Shown: positions 19,688 to 30,593, numbered from the stretch's first letter. The stretch: 64,000 nt of DNA from Promethearchaeota archaeon (GCA_014728035.1 WJMJ01000078.1:32001-96000); one strand, 5' to 3'. The notes: generated from the sequence alone by a model not told the origin. A program made the numbers and translations.

Positions 19688-20515
19688 TCAGAGTGATTTA
19701 GAAGCTTTCAGAGAAAACATGAGCGGAACGGATTCTGCAAAATCCGGAAGAACCCATCTATTGTTTTCTTCCTGCTCTTTCATGAAGGGTAATGCCTTGT
19801 AAGTTGTGAATGGGAATTCGTTAAAGAATTCAATTCTGAGTCCTGAATTGATAACACTGTTTATGATATCTGACACACTGTGAGTCCATTCATAGGTCTT
19901 CATAGCAATTGGAAACCGCACAGCAGGATCTGCATATGTTCCGCTTTGCTCAAATTCCAATGGCTCATCTTTGTGAAAATAGGGATAATGGACTCTGAGA
20001 TTATCAGATTCTTCAGCATCATTAAAGATGTATGCTACAGGATGAAATTCTCGAATATAGAAGAACCCACCTGGTTTTACAAATCGTGAAATAATGTTTG
20101 CCCACTCATCCAAATCGGGTAGCCAACATAGAACGCCGCCAGATGTAAAAACGATATCATACTGTTCATCTATTTTCTCGGGCAGGTCATATACATTGGA
20201 CTGAAGAAAAGTTGCTTGGTCATCGACCTGCTCGTTTAATGTATTTGCAAGGTCAATGGACTCTTCAGAGAAATCCACTCCAGTTGCTTCAGCTCCAAGT
20301 CTAGCCCAAGACATAGTATCAAGACCAAAATGACATTGCAAATGAAGTAAGGTTTTGCCCTTGACATCACCTACTTCTTCTATCTCAACTGGATCGAGTG
20401 TTAATGCTCCCTCAAGAAAGTCATCTACTTTATAGAGGGATGTTCCGCGATGGATGGGTGCCAAGTGATCCCACATCTGTTGGTTCTTCTTGATGTATTC
20501 ATCCATTGCAATCAA
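19688..20515 (-). CDS. Class I SAM-dependent methyltransferase
   Basis: LLHLQCHFGLDT, GVDFS, GVLCWLPDL. Confidence 0.9.
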   Translation of the reverse strand: MIAMDEYIKKNQQMWDHLAPIHRGTSLYKVDDFLEGALTLDPVEIEEVGDVKGKTLLHLQCHFGLDTMSWARLGAEATGVDFSEESIDLANTLNEQVDDQATFLQSNVYDLPEKIDEQYDIVFTSGGVLCWLPDLDEWANIISRFVKPGGFFYIREFHPVAYIFNDAEESDNLRVHYPYFHKDEPLEFEQSGTYADPAVRFPIAMKTYEWTHSVSDIINSVINSGLRIEFFNEFPFTTYKALPFMKEQEENNRWVLPDFAESVPLMFSLKASKSL

Positions 20516-20567
20516 TAAATCAAATACAACAACCCACTAATGAGATTGTCGGAATGCTAAGTAATTT

Positions 20568-21434
20568 CTAAATGAATTTCGTAATGGAAAGATTCTCAGT
20601 AACACTCCAAAAAGTATCGATTAATTTTAAATCAAAAGGGAAATACAGAATCAATTCATCAAGCCCAATATCACAGAAGGCATTTACAATACTTTCAAAA
20701 TTCTCCATTGAGGAAAATGTGTCCCTCCAAAATCTACCTAATGCTAAGGCAGATTTGATTAGCGTTGAGGGGCTTCTTTCTAGTTCATCACATGTTTCTA
20801 GGATGAATTGCAATCTTCCTCCAATGACTTCAACAACTTCTTGTAGTGATTTCTCCGAGCTACAATACGAATTCCATCTATCTGCATATTTTACAGATAT
20901 TGTCATCATTCGTTTACCAATAGCTCCAATAGTTATTGGAATGCTAGGTTTCTGAACTGGAGATGGTATTAATCTGCATTCTTCAGTCTGATAGTATTCT
21001 CCATTAAACGTGATTTGTCTTCCTGCAACTAATTCTCTGATTATTTTCACTTGTTCTTCAAATCTGTCTACTCGCTCTTTCGGAGCCCAATCTCGAAAGT
21101 TAAGCGTTTTGTAAATTCTATCCTGAGCACTCCTAACACCTCCACCGAGACCTAACTCAATCCGTCCATCTGCTATATGGTCGACCGTAATGGCTCTTTT
21201 TGCGAGTAGCGCTGGATGATGCAGCATAATTGGTGTTACCAATGAGCCCAGTCGTATTCTCGAAGTGGTTTCTGCTACACTGGCTAACACAGACCAGCAT
21301 TCATGCCAAACACCATCCCCCTGAAACTCATCAGGAATCCACAATGTATTCCACAATGATGTATCAAGTCTTTGTGCTATTCTTTTCAAGTCTGGATATG
21401 GTCTGTTTTGAAATAGTATTACTCCTAATTTCAT
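20568..21434 (-). CDS. LLM-class flavin/F420-dependent oxidoreductase
   Basis: TSRIRLGSLVT, PALLAK...TVDH..GRIELGLG. Confidence 0.88.
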   Translation of the reverse strand: MKLGVILFQNRPYPDLKRIAQRLDTSLWNTLWIPDEFQGDGVWHECWSVLASVAETTSRIRLGSLVTPIMLHHPALLAKRAITVDHIADGRIELGLGGGVRSAQDRIYKTLNFRDWAPKERVDRFEEQVKIIRELVAGRQITFNGEYYQTEECRLIPSPVQKPSIPITIGAIGKRMMTISVKYADRWNSYCSSEKSLQEVVEVIGGRLQFILETCDELERSPSTLIKSALALGRFWRDTFSSMENFESIVNAFCDIGLDELILYFPFDLKLIDTFWSVTENLSITKFI

Positions 21435-21579
21435 GTTAGATTTCTCTTATTAGAGATATCCCTTCATTTTAGAAGATATTACTTCTAAGCAAAAATCGGT
21501 CTTGCTCTAGCGAAAGTCCTTTATTCTGCCGATGTTGCCAGCTTCTTGACTGTGTGTTCTCACAAGGAGTCAATTCAAA

Positions 21580-22137
21580 ATGCCTATGATCGAGATACGG
21601 TGGCACGGAAGAGGCGGCCAGGGTGGCGTAACCTCAGCAGAGCTACTAGCCAAAGCTGCTCTTATTGATGGATACAAAGGTGTACAAGCTTTTCCTTATT
21701 TTGGGGCGGAACGAAGAGGAGCTCCAGTAAAAGCATTTACACGGATATCCGATGAGAAGATCAATGTACGAAGTCAGATATACACCCCCGATATTGTAGC
21801 TGTCCTGGATCCAGGTATCATTGACCTGATTGATGTCAGTGAAGGACTCAAGGATGGAGGCAAAATAATCATCAATTCAGAAAAAGACGCCTCAGAGTAC
21901 GAATTTGAAAAAGGACATGTATATACCTATGATGGAACTGGTATTGCGCTGAAGCATGGCCTATTGGTTGCTGGACTGCCAGTCGTAAACACTACCATGT
22001 TAGGAGCTTTTGCAAAAGCAACTGGTCTTGTTGAGATCGAAACCATTCAAAAAGTAATCAAAGAGAAATGGTCTGGCAATGTTGGTGAGAGAAATGCCAC
22101 AGGTGCGAGAGAAGCCTACGACACCTGTAGTGATTAA
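21580..22137 (+). CDS. porC: 2-oxoacid:ferredoxin oxidoreductase gamma subunit (orphan)
   Basis: EIRWHGRGGQGGVT, FGAERRGAPV, NTTMLGA. Confidence 0.92.
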   Translation: MPMIEIRWHGRGGQGGVTSAELLAKAALIDGYKGVQAFPYFGAERRGAPVKAFTRISDEKINVRSQIYTPDIVAVLDPGIIDLIDVSEGLKDGGKIIINSEKDASEYEFEKGHVYTYDGTGIALKHGLLVAGLPVVNTTMLGAFAKATGLVEIETIQKVIKEKWSGNVGERNATGAREAYDTCSD

Positions 22138-22146
22138 CACGTGAAA

Positions 22147-22932
22147 CTATCCATAGATTCTATCGTAGCCGGACCTGCTTGGTGCAGAACGGCTACGCCG
22201 CATTCCATCTACTTGATGGGCAACTTCTCCCAATTTCTTCTTGATTTGGTCCGCACTCTCTTGTAGTTCAGTGGTGTCCACTTTTACATCATACATCCTT
22301 GATAGTGCATGAAGCAACTGAATAGCACCCTCAGGGTCAGGCATCATTGGTATAGCAGGGGTCAATAGAGCGAATCCGACCATCTCCCTACACAGTGTTT
22401 CTGATAAAATCGAACCTGCAATTCCAGTGATAATTCCTTTTTTGAAAAGCTCCATATGTTCATCTTCTTCTAAATCAGCAATTTTCTCTTCTTCTGCTGC
22501 ATAGAGTACCTTTCTTTGGGTGGGTATACCTTGAACTGGAATTCCATCAAGAATCACGGTTTCATTAACACCAATACTTGCTGCCCAATCCAAAATTGCT
22601 GAACTTACAAAGTACATCCCATCCTCTGATACTGGGAGTTCTGTTGTCACAACAATCAAGTTCTTTTCAGAATTACCATAAATTCTGAAAGGATGTCGAA
22701 GACGACCATCCATGAAGACTGCAGCTGAAGGAAGATATCTAGACCGCACATGCGCAATCTCCTCCATCTCAAACTGTTCAATAATAGTATTAGCAGCAAT
22801 AATTCCTACAACACCTGCAGAGGGAAAACAACAAATAAGCAGGGGATTGTTAAATTCTGGAGTTTTTGTCTGAACAACTTCTGCCTCTGGCGCTCCAAGT
22901 TTTTTTATCTCGCCTTTGTCAGCCATAATCAT
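22147..22932 (-). CDS. Proteasome assembly chaperone PAC2/PbaB family
   Basis: FPSAGVVGIIAA, PFRIY, GIITGIAG, PDPEGA, C-terminal YG. Confidence 0.85.
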   Translation of the reverse strand: MIMADKGEIKKLGAPEAEVVQTKTPEFNNPLLICCFPSAGVVGIIAANTIIEQFEMEEIAHVRSRYLPSAAVFMDGRLRHPFRIYGNSEKNLIVVTTELPVSEDGMYFVSSAILDWAASIGVNETVILDGIPVQGIPTQRKVLYAAEEEKIADLEEDEHMELFKKGIITGIAGSILSETLCREMVGFALLTPAIPMMPDPEGAIQLLHALSRMYDVKVDTTELQESADQIKKKLGEVAHQVDGMRRSRSAPSRSGYDRIYG

Positions 22933-23123
22933 ATCCCTATTTCTAATAGTCCCTAGTCCAATATTAACTTTGACTCAAGAAGGTAACACTTGACAAACGC
23001 TCCTTAGTATCCAGGATACAACATGTGAATAATTGTACACTATCTTCCGAAAAAGAGAGTACTTACAGTTCATGAGATGCAGTTAAGTATAAGAAATCAA
23101 ATCTCACTTATTGCTGGTGCTAT

Positions 23124-24287
23124 GTGATGCGTTTTCGAACTGAGAAAATAATGCCTCCACCAATTGTGAAACTCATAGAAGAAGCTCGAAGATTTATTGG
23201 CGCTTCAGAATTTCTCAATTTAGGGCAGGGACTTCCTGGACATATCCCCCCTACAATTAGTTTGCAAGGGCTTCAAGAAAGACTTACTCATCCATCTGCA
23301 CATCTGTATACTCCAGATAAAGGACTGCTAGAACTCCGTGAGGAGCTTGCATTATATATCCGCCAGCAATTGAACAACTATGTAAATCCTGAAACTGAAT
23401 TGATGATAACAGCAGGTGGAAACAATGCCTTTGCGGGAATTGCATTGACGTTATTTGAGCCAGGACAGACTGTCATCATGCCATCTCCATTTTACTTCAA
23501 CTCGGTCATGGCAATTCGTCTTGTTGGAGGAAATGTCAAGATGATTCCGGTGGATGAAACATTTCAGCCAGATCCGGACCTGATTGAGGCGGCAATCGAT
23601 GATAGAACAAGAGCTATCTTTCTAGTATCACCAAACAATCCCACTGGTGCAGTCTATGAAAAAGAACGAGTTGATAAAATACTTGATCTGTGTTTGGAAA
23701 ATGAACTCTATTTGATTTCAGACGAGACCTATGCAAGAATGGCTTTTGAAGGCTCAATGCATTACAGTCCTCGGTCAAGACGTGATGCACAAAATCACGT
23801 TATTACGATCGGGAGCTTTTCGAAAGATTTCGGTATGAGTGGATGGAGAATTGGCTATATTACGGGACCAGAGGATTTCATGGAAGAATATCTCAAGGTA
23901 CAGGACACCATGACAATTTGTGCGCCCACACCAAGTCAGCTTCTTGCTCTTGAAATTCTGAAGACGGGACTTGATGTCATCGATTCCGAAATGGAGGGTG
24001 TAGCTAATCTAAGAGAATTGGCATATCTTCGAGCCAAAGAGATTGACCAATGGGACCTAACGCGTACTAAGGGCACATTCTATCTATTCCCAAAGGTGAG
24101 AGGTTGTAAAGATTCGCGGAAATTGGTTCTAGATATTCTTAGAGGAACAAAAACCTTGGTACTTCCAGGTTCTGTGTTTGGAGAAGCTGGAGAAGGGCAT
24201 ATCAGACTCTCGATAGGCCCCCTAACTCCGGAAGCTGTTGATGAGGCATTTGATAGATTAACAAAATACTTTGCAACCAATTCTTAG
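23124..24287 (+). CDS. PLP-dependent aminotransferase class I/II
   Basis: SPNNPTG, DETY, SFSKDFGMSGWRIG. Confidence 0.93.
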   Translation: MMRFRTEKIMPPPIVKLIEEARRFIGASEFLNLGQGLPGHIPPTISLQGLQERLTHPSAHLYTPDKGLLELREELALYIRQQLNNYVNPETELMITAGGNNAFAGIALTLFEPGQTVIMPSPFYFNSVMAIRLVGGNVKMIPVDETFQPDPDLIEAAIDDRTRAIFLVSPNNPTGAVYEKERVDKILDLCLENELYLISDETYARMAFEGSMHYSPRSRRDAQNHVITIGSFSKDFGMSGWRIGYITGPEDFMEEYLKVQDTMTICAPTPSQLLALEILKTGLDVIDSEMEGVANLRELAYLRAKEIDQWDLTRTKGTFYLFPKVRGCKDSRKLVLDILRGTKTLVLPGSVFGEAGEGHIRLSIGPLTPEAVDEAFDRLTKYFATNS

Positions 24288-25582
24288 CAATAAGTTTCCC
24301 ATTCCCATTGGGTTATCACATGACTTGTATAATGCTCCCATTCTTTTCTCTTGAGACGAAGATACGAGTCAATAATTGGTTTCCCGAGAGCATCAATAAT
24401 CACTTTGTCTTTCTCCAAGTAATCAAGTGCCTCTCCCAACGTAGTAGGCAGTGTGGATATTCCCAATTTTGCAAGTTCTTCTTCATCATAATCAAAGATA
24501 TTTTCACTTCTGGGCTCAGGTGGTTGAAGCTTGTTTTTCATTCCATCAATCCCACATGCTATGAGTGCAGAAAACAGGAGATACGGATTTGACATGGGGT
24601 CCGCAGACCTGAATTCTACAGCTGCTTTCTTAGCAGTGTTGAATAGTGGAACTCGTATGAGAACTGTACGATTTCTGAATCCCCAAGAAACATAGACAGG
24701 AGCTTCATGATGGGGAACAAGGCGTTTGTAGGAGTTGATGGTCGGATTTGCAATAGCAGTGATAGCTGGTGCATGCTTGAGCAAACCTGCAACAAAACTC
24801 CTTCCTTTATCGGAGAGATAATCACCATCATCTTTTCCAAACAGGTTCGTACCATCTTTCCATAATTGAATATGGCAATGTAATCCATTACCCGCATCAT
24901 TTTCAAATGGTTTTGGCATAAAGGTTACATCAGCATCATAATTTCGTGCAATAGTTCTTGCTAGATTTTTGAATAAGACCAAATAATCAGCCATCTTGCG
25001 GGCATCTTCAAAATCAATTTCAACTTCTTGTTGGGATTTTCCAACTTCGTGATGGATAACGCGTGGATTGATGCCTAATTCTCGAATTGCAGAAGAAATT
25101 TCTAACAAAATGTCTGCTCCGGGATTTTGTGGATAGGTATCGGCATATCCGCCAAAATCATATGGTGCGCCATCTCGAGTAATCAGATGAAATTCTGGTT
25201 CGGTCTTGACCTTAAAAGTCAGGTCCTGCAAAATGGTATCATAGACATTTTGAAGCACTCCTCTCGCATCCAAAGGAAAGAAGTCCTTATCCTCTTTAGA
25301 TGCCATTTTTGGTTTTACATAACACATAACTGCAGCAGTTCTGTAGATAGAATACGGCAATTCGATCAGGCTTGAAACATCAGGGTAAAGCCGAAGGTCA
25401 GATGATTCAACTGATGCTAATCCAGTGACCGAGCTGCCATCGCAGCTTGAACCCTTTTCCAATACAGGATCTTCTTTCAGCTGTTCAATTGTTTCTGCTG
25501 GTTCGCATGGCACAATCATGGCTTTTAGGTTGCCAAGCAGGTCAGTAAAGCGTAGTTCGATATACTCAATATGCTCAGACAT
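24284..25582 (-). CDS. glnA: Glutamine synthetase type I family
   Basis: DGSS, EPEF, HHEVG..Q.E, TFMPKP, GNGLHCH, NSYKRL, EFRSAD. Confidence 0.92.
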   Translation of the reverse strand: MSEHIEYIELRFTDLLGNLKAMIVPCEPAETIEQLKEDPVLEKGSSCDGSSVTGLASVESSDLRLYPDVSSLIELPYSIYRTAAVMCYVKPKMASKEDKDFFPLDARGVLQNVYDTILQDLTFKVKTEPEFHLITRDGAPYDFGGYADTYPQNPGADILLEISSAIRELGINPRVIHHEVGKSQQEVEIDFEDARKMADYLVLFKNLARTIARNYDADVTFMPKPFENDAGNGLHCHIQLWKDGTNLFGKDDGDYLSDKGRSFVAGLLKHAPAITAIANPTINSYKRLVPHHEAPVYVSWGFRNRTVLIRVPLFNTAKKAAVEFRSADPMSNPYLLFSALIACGIDGMKNKLQPPEPRSENIFDYDEEELAKLGISTLPTTLGEALDYLEKDKVIIDALGKPIIDSYLRLKRKEWEHYTSHVITQWEWETYC

Positions 25583-25660
25583 CTTTATCCCGCCCTATTG
25601 GGAGTGTGTTCCATTGTCAACATACTGATATTTTAACGATAGCTTTCTGGTCTATTTTTA

Positions 25661-25981
25661 TTAGCTCCAAAGTGCCTTGTACCAAGCTTCAGATTCATCC
25701 TTGAGTTCTAATTTGATTGCACCACTAACGACACTGACATCATCATCACGTCTGATTTCAAAGTTCATAGCTGCAATTCGTATTGCTTTTTTCTCAAGAT
25801 GGACATTATTGATATTTCTTGCATGAAGACGTACAACTGTCTTTCCATCGTCAATGGTCAACATGAGCTCTTCATAGGTGACTTCTCCTTTCATCTTGAA
25901 TTTTCTGTCACGGAAGTTTCCCATATGAGCTTCTAGATTTTCCAACTCAACTTTCACTTTCTCTGCTTTCATAGTGACCAC
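25661..25981 (-). CDS. Small beta-rich hypothetical protein (PH-like)
   Basis: Beta-strand pattern ending in a Trp-containing helix (SEAWYKAL). Confidence 0.6.
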   Translation of the reverse strand: MVTMKAEKVKVELENLEAHMGNFRDRKFKMKGEVTYEELMLTIDDGKTVVRLHARNINNVHLEKKAIRIAAMNFEIRRDDDVSVVSGAIKLELKDESEAWYKALWS

Positions 25982-26068
25982 AGAATTAATCCTCTTCTTA
26001 CTAACTTATGAAGTTCGTCATTGGCGAAAGATAGATTGCTTAATCTGTTCTTAACGCATATGATAGTT

Positions 26069-26884
26069 ATGAGAAAAGGGTTGCATATCGGAACAAGTGG
26101 TTGGTCCTATGAAGATGATTGGGTTGGGCCATTTTACCAAAGCAAAAAAGGAATGCTTGGCCAATATTTAGACATCTTCGATACTGCAGAAATAAACTCA
26201 ACATTCTACTCTCCACCTAGTAAGGGATTCATCAGCTATTTGGTTAAATCGACTCCAAAGAACACATTCTTCACGGCTAAACTGCCGCAGAAAATCACCC
26301 ATGATCACAGGTTGAATATATCCGAAGAAACACGAGAAATTCTGAATGATTTCTTCAATCGGTTAAAACCAATCTCCAAAAGAATGTATGCCTTATTGAT
26401 TCAGCTGCCACCATGGGATATCAAAACTATGGGAGACCTCGAGTCATTTCTATCAGAGTTAGATAACTCCTTCAGATATGCAATTGAGTTTCGAGATGAG
26501 AGTTGGCTAATGAACTCTACATGGGAGTTACTAGAGGCGTACGATATTGCACATGTAATTGTAGATGAGCCAAAGCTCCCAATAGACTTGAGAATTACAA
26601 CTGATTTTTCGTACATCAGATGGCATGGACACGGAGAAGATGTGTGGTATCACTATCTATATACAAAGCGCGAGTTGGAAGATTGGCTTCCACATATTTC
26701 TCACATCTGTGATAGAACAAATTCTGTCGTAGCATATTTCAACAATCACTTTGAAGGATATGCCCCTTTCAACGCATTACAGATGTTACAATTACTAGGA
26801 AAATTGACCTCTAAGCAGGATAGAAAATTGCAATCAATGAACAAGTATTTTTCATTAGAGCAAACTAGACTAGACCAGTTTTAA
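26069..26884 (+). CDS. DUF72 (YecE) family protein
   Basis: IGTSGWSY, EINSTFY, QLPP, AIEFR, YIRWHG, YFNN. Confidence 0.92.
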   Translation: MRKGLHIGTSGWSYEDDWVGPFYQSKKGMLGQYLDIFDTAEINSTFYSPPSKGFISYLVKSTPKNTFFTAKLPQKITHDHRLNISEETREILNDFFNRLKPISKRMYALLIQLPPWDIKTMGDLESFLSELDNSFRYAIEFRDESWLMNSTWELLEAYDIAHVIVDEPKLPIDLRITTDFSYIRWHGHGEDVWYHYLYTKRELEDWLPHISHICDRTNSVVAYFNNHFEGYAPFNALQMLQLLGKLTSKQDRKLQSMNKYFSLEQTRLDQF

Positions 26885-26941
26885 GAGCCATATTCCTTTA
26901 GAAAGTGATATAAGTAGTGTGAAAGCTGGCCTGCAAAACGG

Positions 26942-27394
26942 GTGAATGAAACCATGAGCTTTGATTTATTTGCCGAATCTGTTGTTAGGTCCCCAAAGGA
27001 TAAGCGTCCAAGAAGAGGCCGCGGATTTAGTCATGAAGAAATTTCTAAAGCAGACCTGACAGTTGATGAAGCACGCAGAATGGGTCTGATTGTTGATCTT
27101 CGAAGAAAAACAGCATATGACGAAAACATCGAAATTCTCAAACAGTACGTGAAAGATATTGAAGAGTTTGTTGGAGTCCTAGAAGAAACTACTGTAACTG
27201 TTGACAAGAAGGCAATAAAAGAACTCACATCAATCAAAGCACTCGAAGAAGAAGAGGCAATCCTTCTCATTGATGCTGGAATTAAAAGCCTTGAAGATTT
27301 GGCGTATTGTGAGATACCCAAAGTTTCTAACAAGACTGGTATTGACGAAGAACGCATCACCGAACTAGTAAAAGCTGCTCTGAAGAAGGTCTAG
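26942..27394 (+). CDS. rpl13e: Ribosomal protein eL13 with C-terminal helix-hairpin-helix domain
   Basis: RRGRGFSHEEI, VDLRRKT, then LIDAGIKSLEDLA...KTGIDEERI. Confidence 0.85.
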   Translation: MNETMSFDLFAESVVRSPKDKRPRRGRGFSHEEISKADLTVDEARRMGLIVDLRRKTAYDENIEILKQYVKDIEEFVGVLEETTVTVDKKAIKELTSIKALEEEEAILLIDAGIKSLEDLAYCEIPKVSNKTGIDEERITELVKAALKKV

Positions 27395-27405
27395 AGTAGC
27401 GATAT

Positions 27406-28524
27406 TTGGGGGAAATAGGGCTGGAGCTAGACCGGCTCATCAGGATACTGGAAAATCCCCCATCAGTTCTTCGACCAGCTATCCTTCCTGATTTCTTTCT
27501 CGACCATTTTGTAGTTACAGAAAAGATTGAGGACTTTGTAGATGGTTTAATTCAACTAGCATCCCAAGGTGGAGGAAATTTACTTGGGTCTTTCCAATTT
27601 ATTCGGCCTGGAGGGAATACTGTCAACACCGCCTCTGCACTTCTGAAGATGGGACTTGACCCTCTTATGGTAATTACTACCGATGAATATGGTGCATCCA
27701 TGCTTAAGGCATTGGTAGATTCTGATTTGGACCTCTCTCATGTTCATACGGATGGAGCCTTATCTGCAACCGTTTCTATAGAAGGGGAATATCAAGGACG
27801 CCATGTTAATCTCATGGTTAGTGATAGCGGCTCAGCAGCGAAATTTACAATCAATGACCTGACTGAGGAGGACATTACAGCTATCAAGAACTGTGGACTG
27901 GTCGCTCTTCTGAATTTGAATCATAACACAGCAGGTGTGGAATTTGTAACTGACTTGTTTTCACAATTAGAAGGAAATAACATTACCAAGTTAATCGATA
28001 CAGGAGATCCTTCTGCGAGACCAAATATGGTTCAAGACCTCACTGACAAAGTTCTAGCACAAAAAATAGTTGATGTTATTGGAGTTAATGAAAATGAAGT
28101 GTGTTGGTTTGCGTGGGCACTTGATAAGAGAAATGAAAGATGGAGAGAGCAAATTTCACACCCCGAACATTGGATAAAGGCAGGAAAGTATGTATCAACT
28201 GAAACTGGAGTTAGAGTTGATCTGCACACCCCATATTTTGCAGCTTCAATACTCGCGGATGAAATTACATGTACTCCAACATTTGAAGTAATTCCGAAAA
28301 TCACACTTGGCGCAGGGGATACATGGAATGCTGGAAATATTTTTGGAATTCTCCATGAATTGGAACCATTAGATCGACTTGTTCTTGCAAATTCCGCTGC
28401 AGCACTCTATGTTTCTTCTAGGAATACAAACCATCCGTACTTGGAGGAGATAATTAGATTCCTGAAAAATCCTCCAAGACTCTCACATATCGGTACAAAG
28501 TTACTTAAATCAGATTGTAAATAG
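27406..28524 (+). CDS. PfkB family carbohydrate kinase
   Basis: PGGNTVN, NENE, GAGDTWNAG. Confidence 0.85.
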   Translation: MGEIGLELDRLIRILENPPSVLRPAILPDFFLDHFVVTEKIEDFVDGLIQLASQGGGNLLGSFQFIRPGGNTVNTASALLKMGLDPLMVITTDEYGASMLKALVDSDLDLSHVHTDGALSATVSIEGEYQGRHVNLMVSDSGSAAKFTINDLTEEDITAIKNCGLVALLNLNHNTAGVEFVTDLFSQLEGNNITKLIDTGDPSARPNMVQDLTDKVLAQKIVDVIGVNENEVCWFAWALDKRNERWREQISHPEHWIKAGKYVSTETGVRVDLHTPYFAASILADEITCTPTFEVIPKITLGAGDTWNAGNIFGILHELEPLDRLVLANSAAALYVSSRNTNHPYLEEIIRFLKNPPRLSHIGTKLLKSDCK

Positions 28525-28560
28525 TACTGATGTTATAATCTTGAATTTGAGAGTGAAATC

Positions 28561-29475
28561 TTGGATTTAGAACGAGTACTGACGAAACTACGATATGATG
28601 AGAGCGTCAGTGGCTATTCTCTCATTACTAACAAAGGAGAACCATTTCTTTCATTTAGCTTACCAGAAGAAGTGATCCCTCAAATTCGTGGTACACTTGA
28701 AGTTCACTCAAAATCATTACGACTGATGAATATAATGACTGGACAAGGTACAGTTGTCCTTGCAAGAATAGACAATAACTGGGTGCTTGCAGTACTATTC
28801 AATCCAGACCAAAGCTTAGGCATGTGTCTGCAAAAATCAAAGGCGGTGGTCGAATCCCTTGAAGGAGTGGATATAACTCCACCTCCAAGTATCACCAAAT
28901 CGGAGCAATCTCAAACAGAAACGGAATCATCTGTGTCTGTTGAGTCACACTCGGAGATTGAAACAGATTTGGATATTGACGACATACCAATGGAAGAAAT
29001 TGATGTAAGACATGGTTGTGTAGTACACAAGAGCGATAGATACGATGAAGCAATGAGTATGGAATCTAAATTGAATGAAGAAATGCGCTTCAAATTTTCA
29101 AATGCGGCGATTGACACCATACTTATGGTTGACGAAACAAGAACAGTACAGAAAATAAGTGAAACATTGTCTAAGAGGTTGGAGCAAATCATAGATATTG
29201 TGAAGTGGTGTGTTTCCAAGCATATTCTCACTGTAGAGTGTCCATCTCAGCAAGAACCAGGAGCTCGTGAGATCGTAGAAGTACCAATTTTTGATGGTGA
29301 ATTCAAAAAGGTGAAGAAAGAACATAAAGAAGTAATAGAATTATGTACTGGTGACCTTACAGTTCAAGAAATCGCAGACCACTTGAAAATACCCTATTTC
29401 CAAGTATTACAGAGCATTATTCCCTATAAAGGAAAGACTGTCAAATTCGTTAGAAAAGATAAAGTAGTTAACTAG
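28561..29475 (+). CDS. Roadblock/LC7-like domain plus two winged-helix domains (copy 1)
   Basis: N-terminal LERVL..L...VSGYSLIT.KG...VVLA....WVLAV...SLG; C-terminal VDETRTVQKIS and LCTGDLTVQEIADHL; paralog of 31386. Confidence 0.75.
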   Translation: MDLERVLTKLRYDESVSGYSLITNKGEPFLSFSLPEEVIPQIRGTLEVHSKSLRLMNIMTGQGTVVLARIDNNWVLAVLFNPDQSLGMCLQKSKAVVESLEGVDITPPPSITKSEQSQTETESSVSVESHSEIETDLDIDDIPMEEIDVRHGCVVHKSDRYDEAMSMESKLNEEMRFKFSNAAIDTILMVDETRTVQKISETLSKRLEQIIDIVKWCVSKHILTVECPSQQEPGAREIVEVPIFDGEFKKVKKEHKEVIELCTGDLTVQEIADHLKIPYFQVLQSIIPYKGKTVKFVRKDKVVN

Positions 29476-29484
29476 TATGGAGAT

Positions 29485-29994
29485 ATGAGAATGGGATTAA
29501 AAGGAAGATTAGCGTGGGCGCTTAAGATAGATAAAGTTTCTAAGCCGCTATTCCAAGCTGTTTGGCGAGAATTGTTGAATAATCTATTTCAGACCTGTGA
29601 TAGTGTTGATGAGATCAACAAGAAACTCAAATCAATTGGGTTCAAAGTTGGAGAACATCTTTTGATGGACTATGCTGAAAGAATCAAAGAACATGCACAG
29701 AGTTTTACAGAGTTTGCAGATACACTGAAGCTGGCATACAAAGTCAACTCAGGACAGGATTTCACTGACGTATGGATAAGTGATGATGAGAGCACCATCA
29801 AATTCAGTGATGCTGATTGTCCTATTTGCGAAGGTGTTGTCATAAACGATATGCCAGGTCTTCAATACTGTAATCTAGTCAGTGGTGTGTTTCAAGCAGT
29901 ATTAACGCTGCGAGGTTTCAAAGGAGATGCATATCAAGAATCATGCAAAGCACTTGGCGATGAGATTTGCACTTGGACTATAAAACAAGCTTGA
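29485..29994 (+). CDS. V4R / TRAPP Bet3-like protein
   Basis: LKSIGFKVGEHL, DCPIC, YCNLVSG, ESCKALGDEIC. Confidence 0.8.
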   Translation: MRMGLKGRLAWALKIDKVSKPLFQAVWRELLNNLFQTCDSVDEINKKLKSIGFKVGEHLLMDYAERIKEHAQSFTEFADTLKLAYKVNSGQDFTDVWISDDESTIKFSDADCPICEGVVINDMPGLQYCNLVSGVFQAVLTLRGFKGDAYQESCKALGDEICTWTIKQA

Positions 29995-30056
29995 ATAATC
30001 TGTTTCTGTGATTCTTTGCATAGCTATAAATGCACTCACATATATGAACAAACAGA

Positions 30057-30593
30057 TTGAACAGAAGCGGAGGAAAATATTTGGGTCAACTTGTTGGAAC
30101 CCTTGTGGGTCTAGTTACTGCATTTGTTGTATCATTCATTCTTCTTACTTTTGGAGTCTTTCTGCCGCCAGAATTGGTGCCAGCACAAATAGTAGATGAT
30201 TTTGCATTGTACACGGATTTGGAACTGAAGTTAGCAATCACAGGAACCGTGCTATTCCCATCCCCCTTTGAAGCCACACTAGGACACGCTTTGACCTATG
30301 GCGCTAGAGGATGGACTGTTCTCATGTTTCTAAGTTGGGGTCTCGGTGGATTAGCAGCTGGCCTACTATCACGAGACATTGTTCAAGGTGTTTTCGCAGC
30401 TATATTTGCAGCTGCCATCGGAGCTTTATTGACATGGCTTCTAATTTTCGTAATTCAAATTCCAGATTTCAGTCAAATTTTTGGAACTGGGTCTCTTTTC
30501 ATTATGCAATCCGCACTTGAAGGAATGATATATCCCGCTATTGTTGGAGGGATAGGTGGACTATTAGGTGGAGCCATCACTCGGGAACGGTAA
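30057..30593 (+). CDS. Gly-rich membrane protein
   Basis: 4-5 transmembrane helices with GxxxG motifs. Confidence 0.7.
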   Translation: MNRSGGKYLGQLVGTLVGLVTAFVVSFILLTFGVFLPPELVPAQIVDDFALYTDLELKLAITGTVLFPSPFEATLGHALTYGARGWTVLMFLSWGLGGLAAGLLSRDIVQGVFAAIFAAAIGALLTWLLIFVIQIPDFSQIFGTGSLFIMQSALEGMIYPAIVGGIGGLLGGAITRER

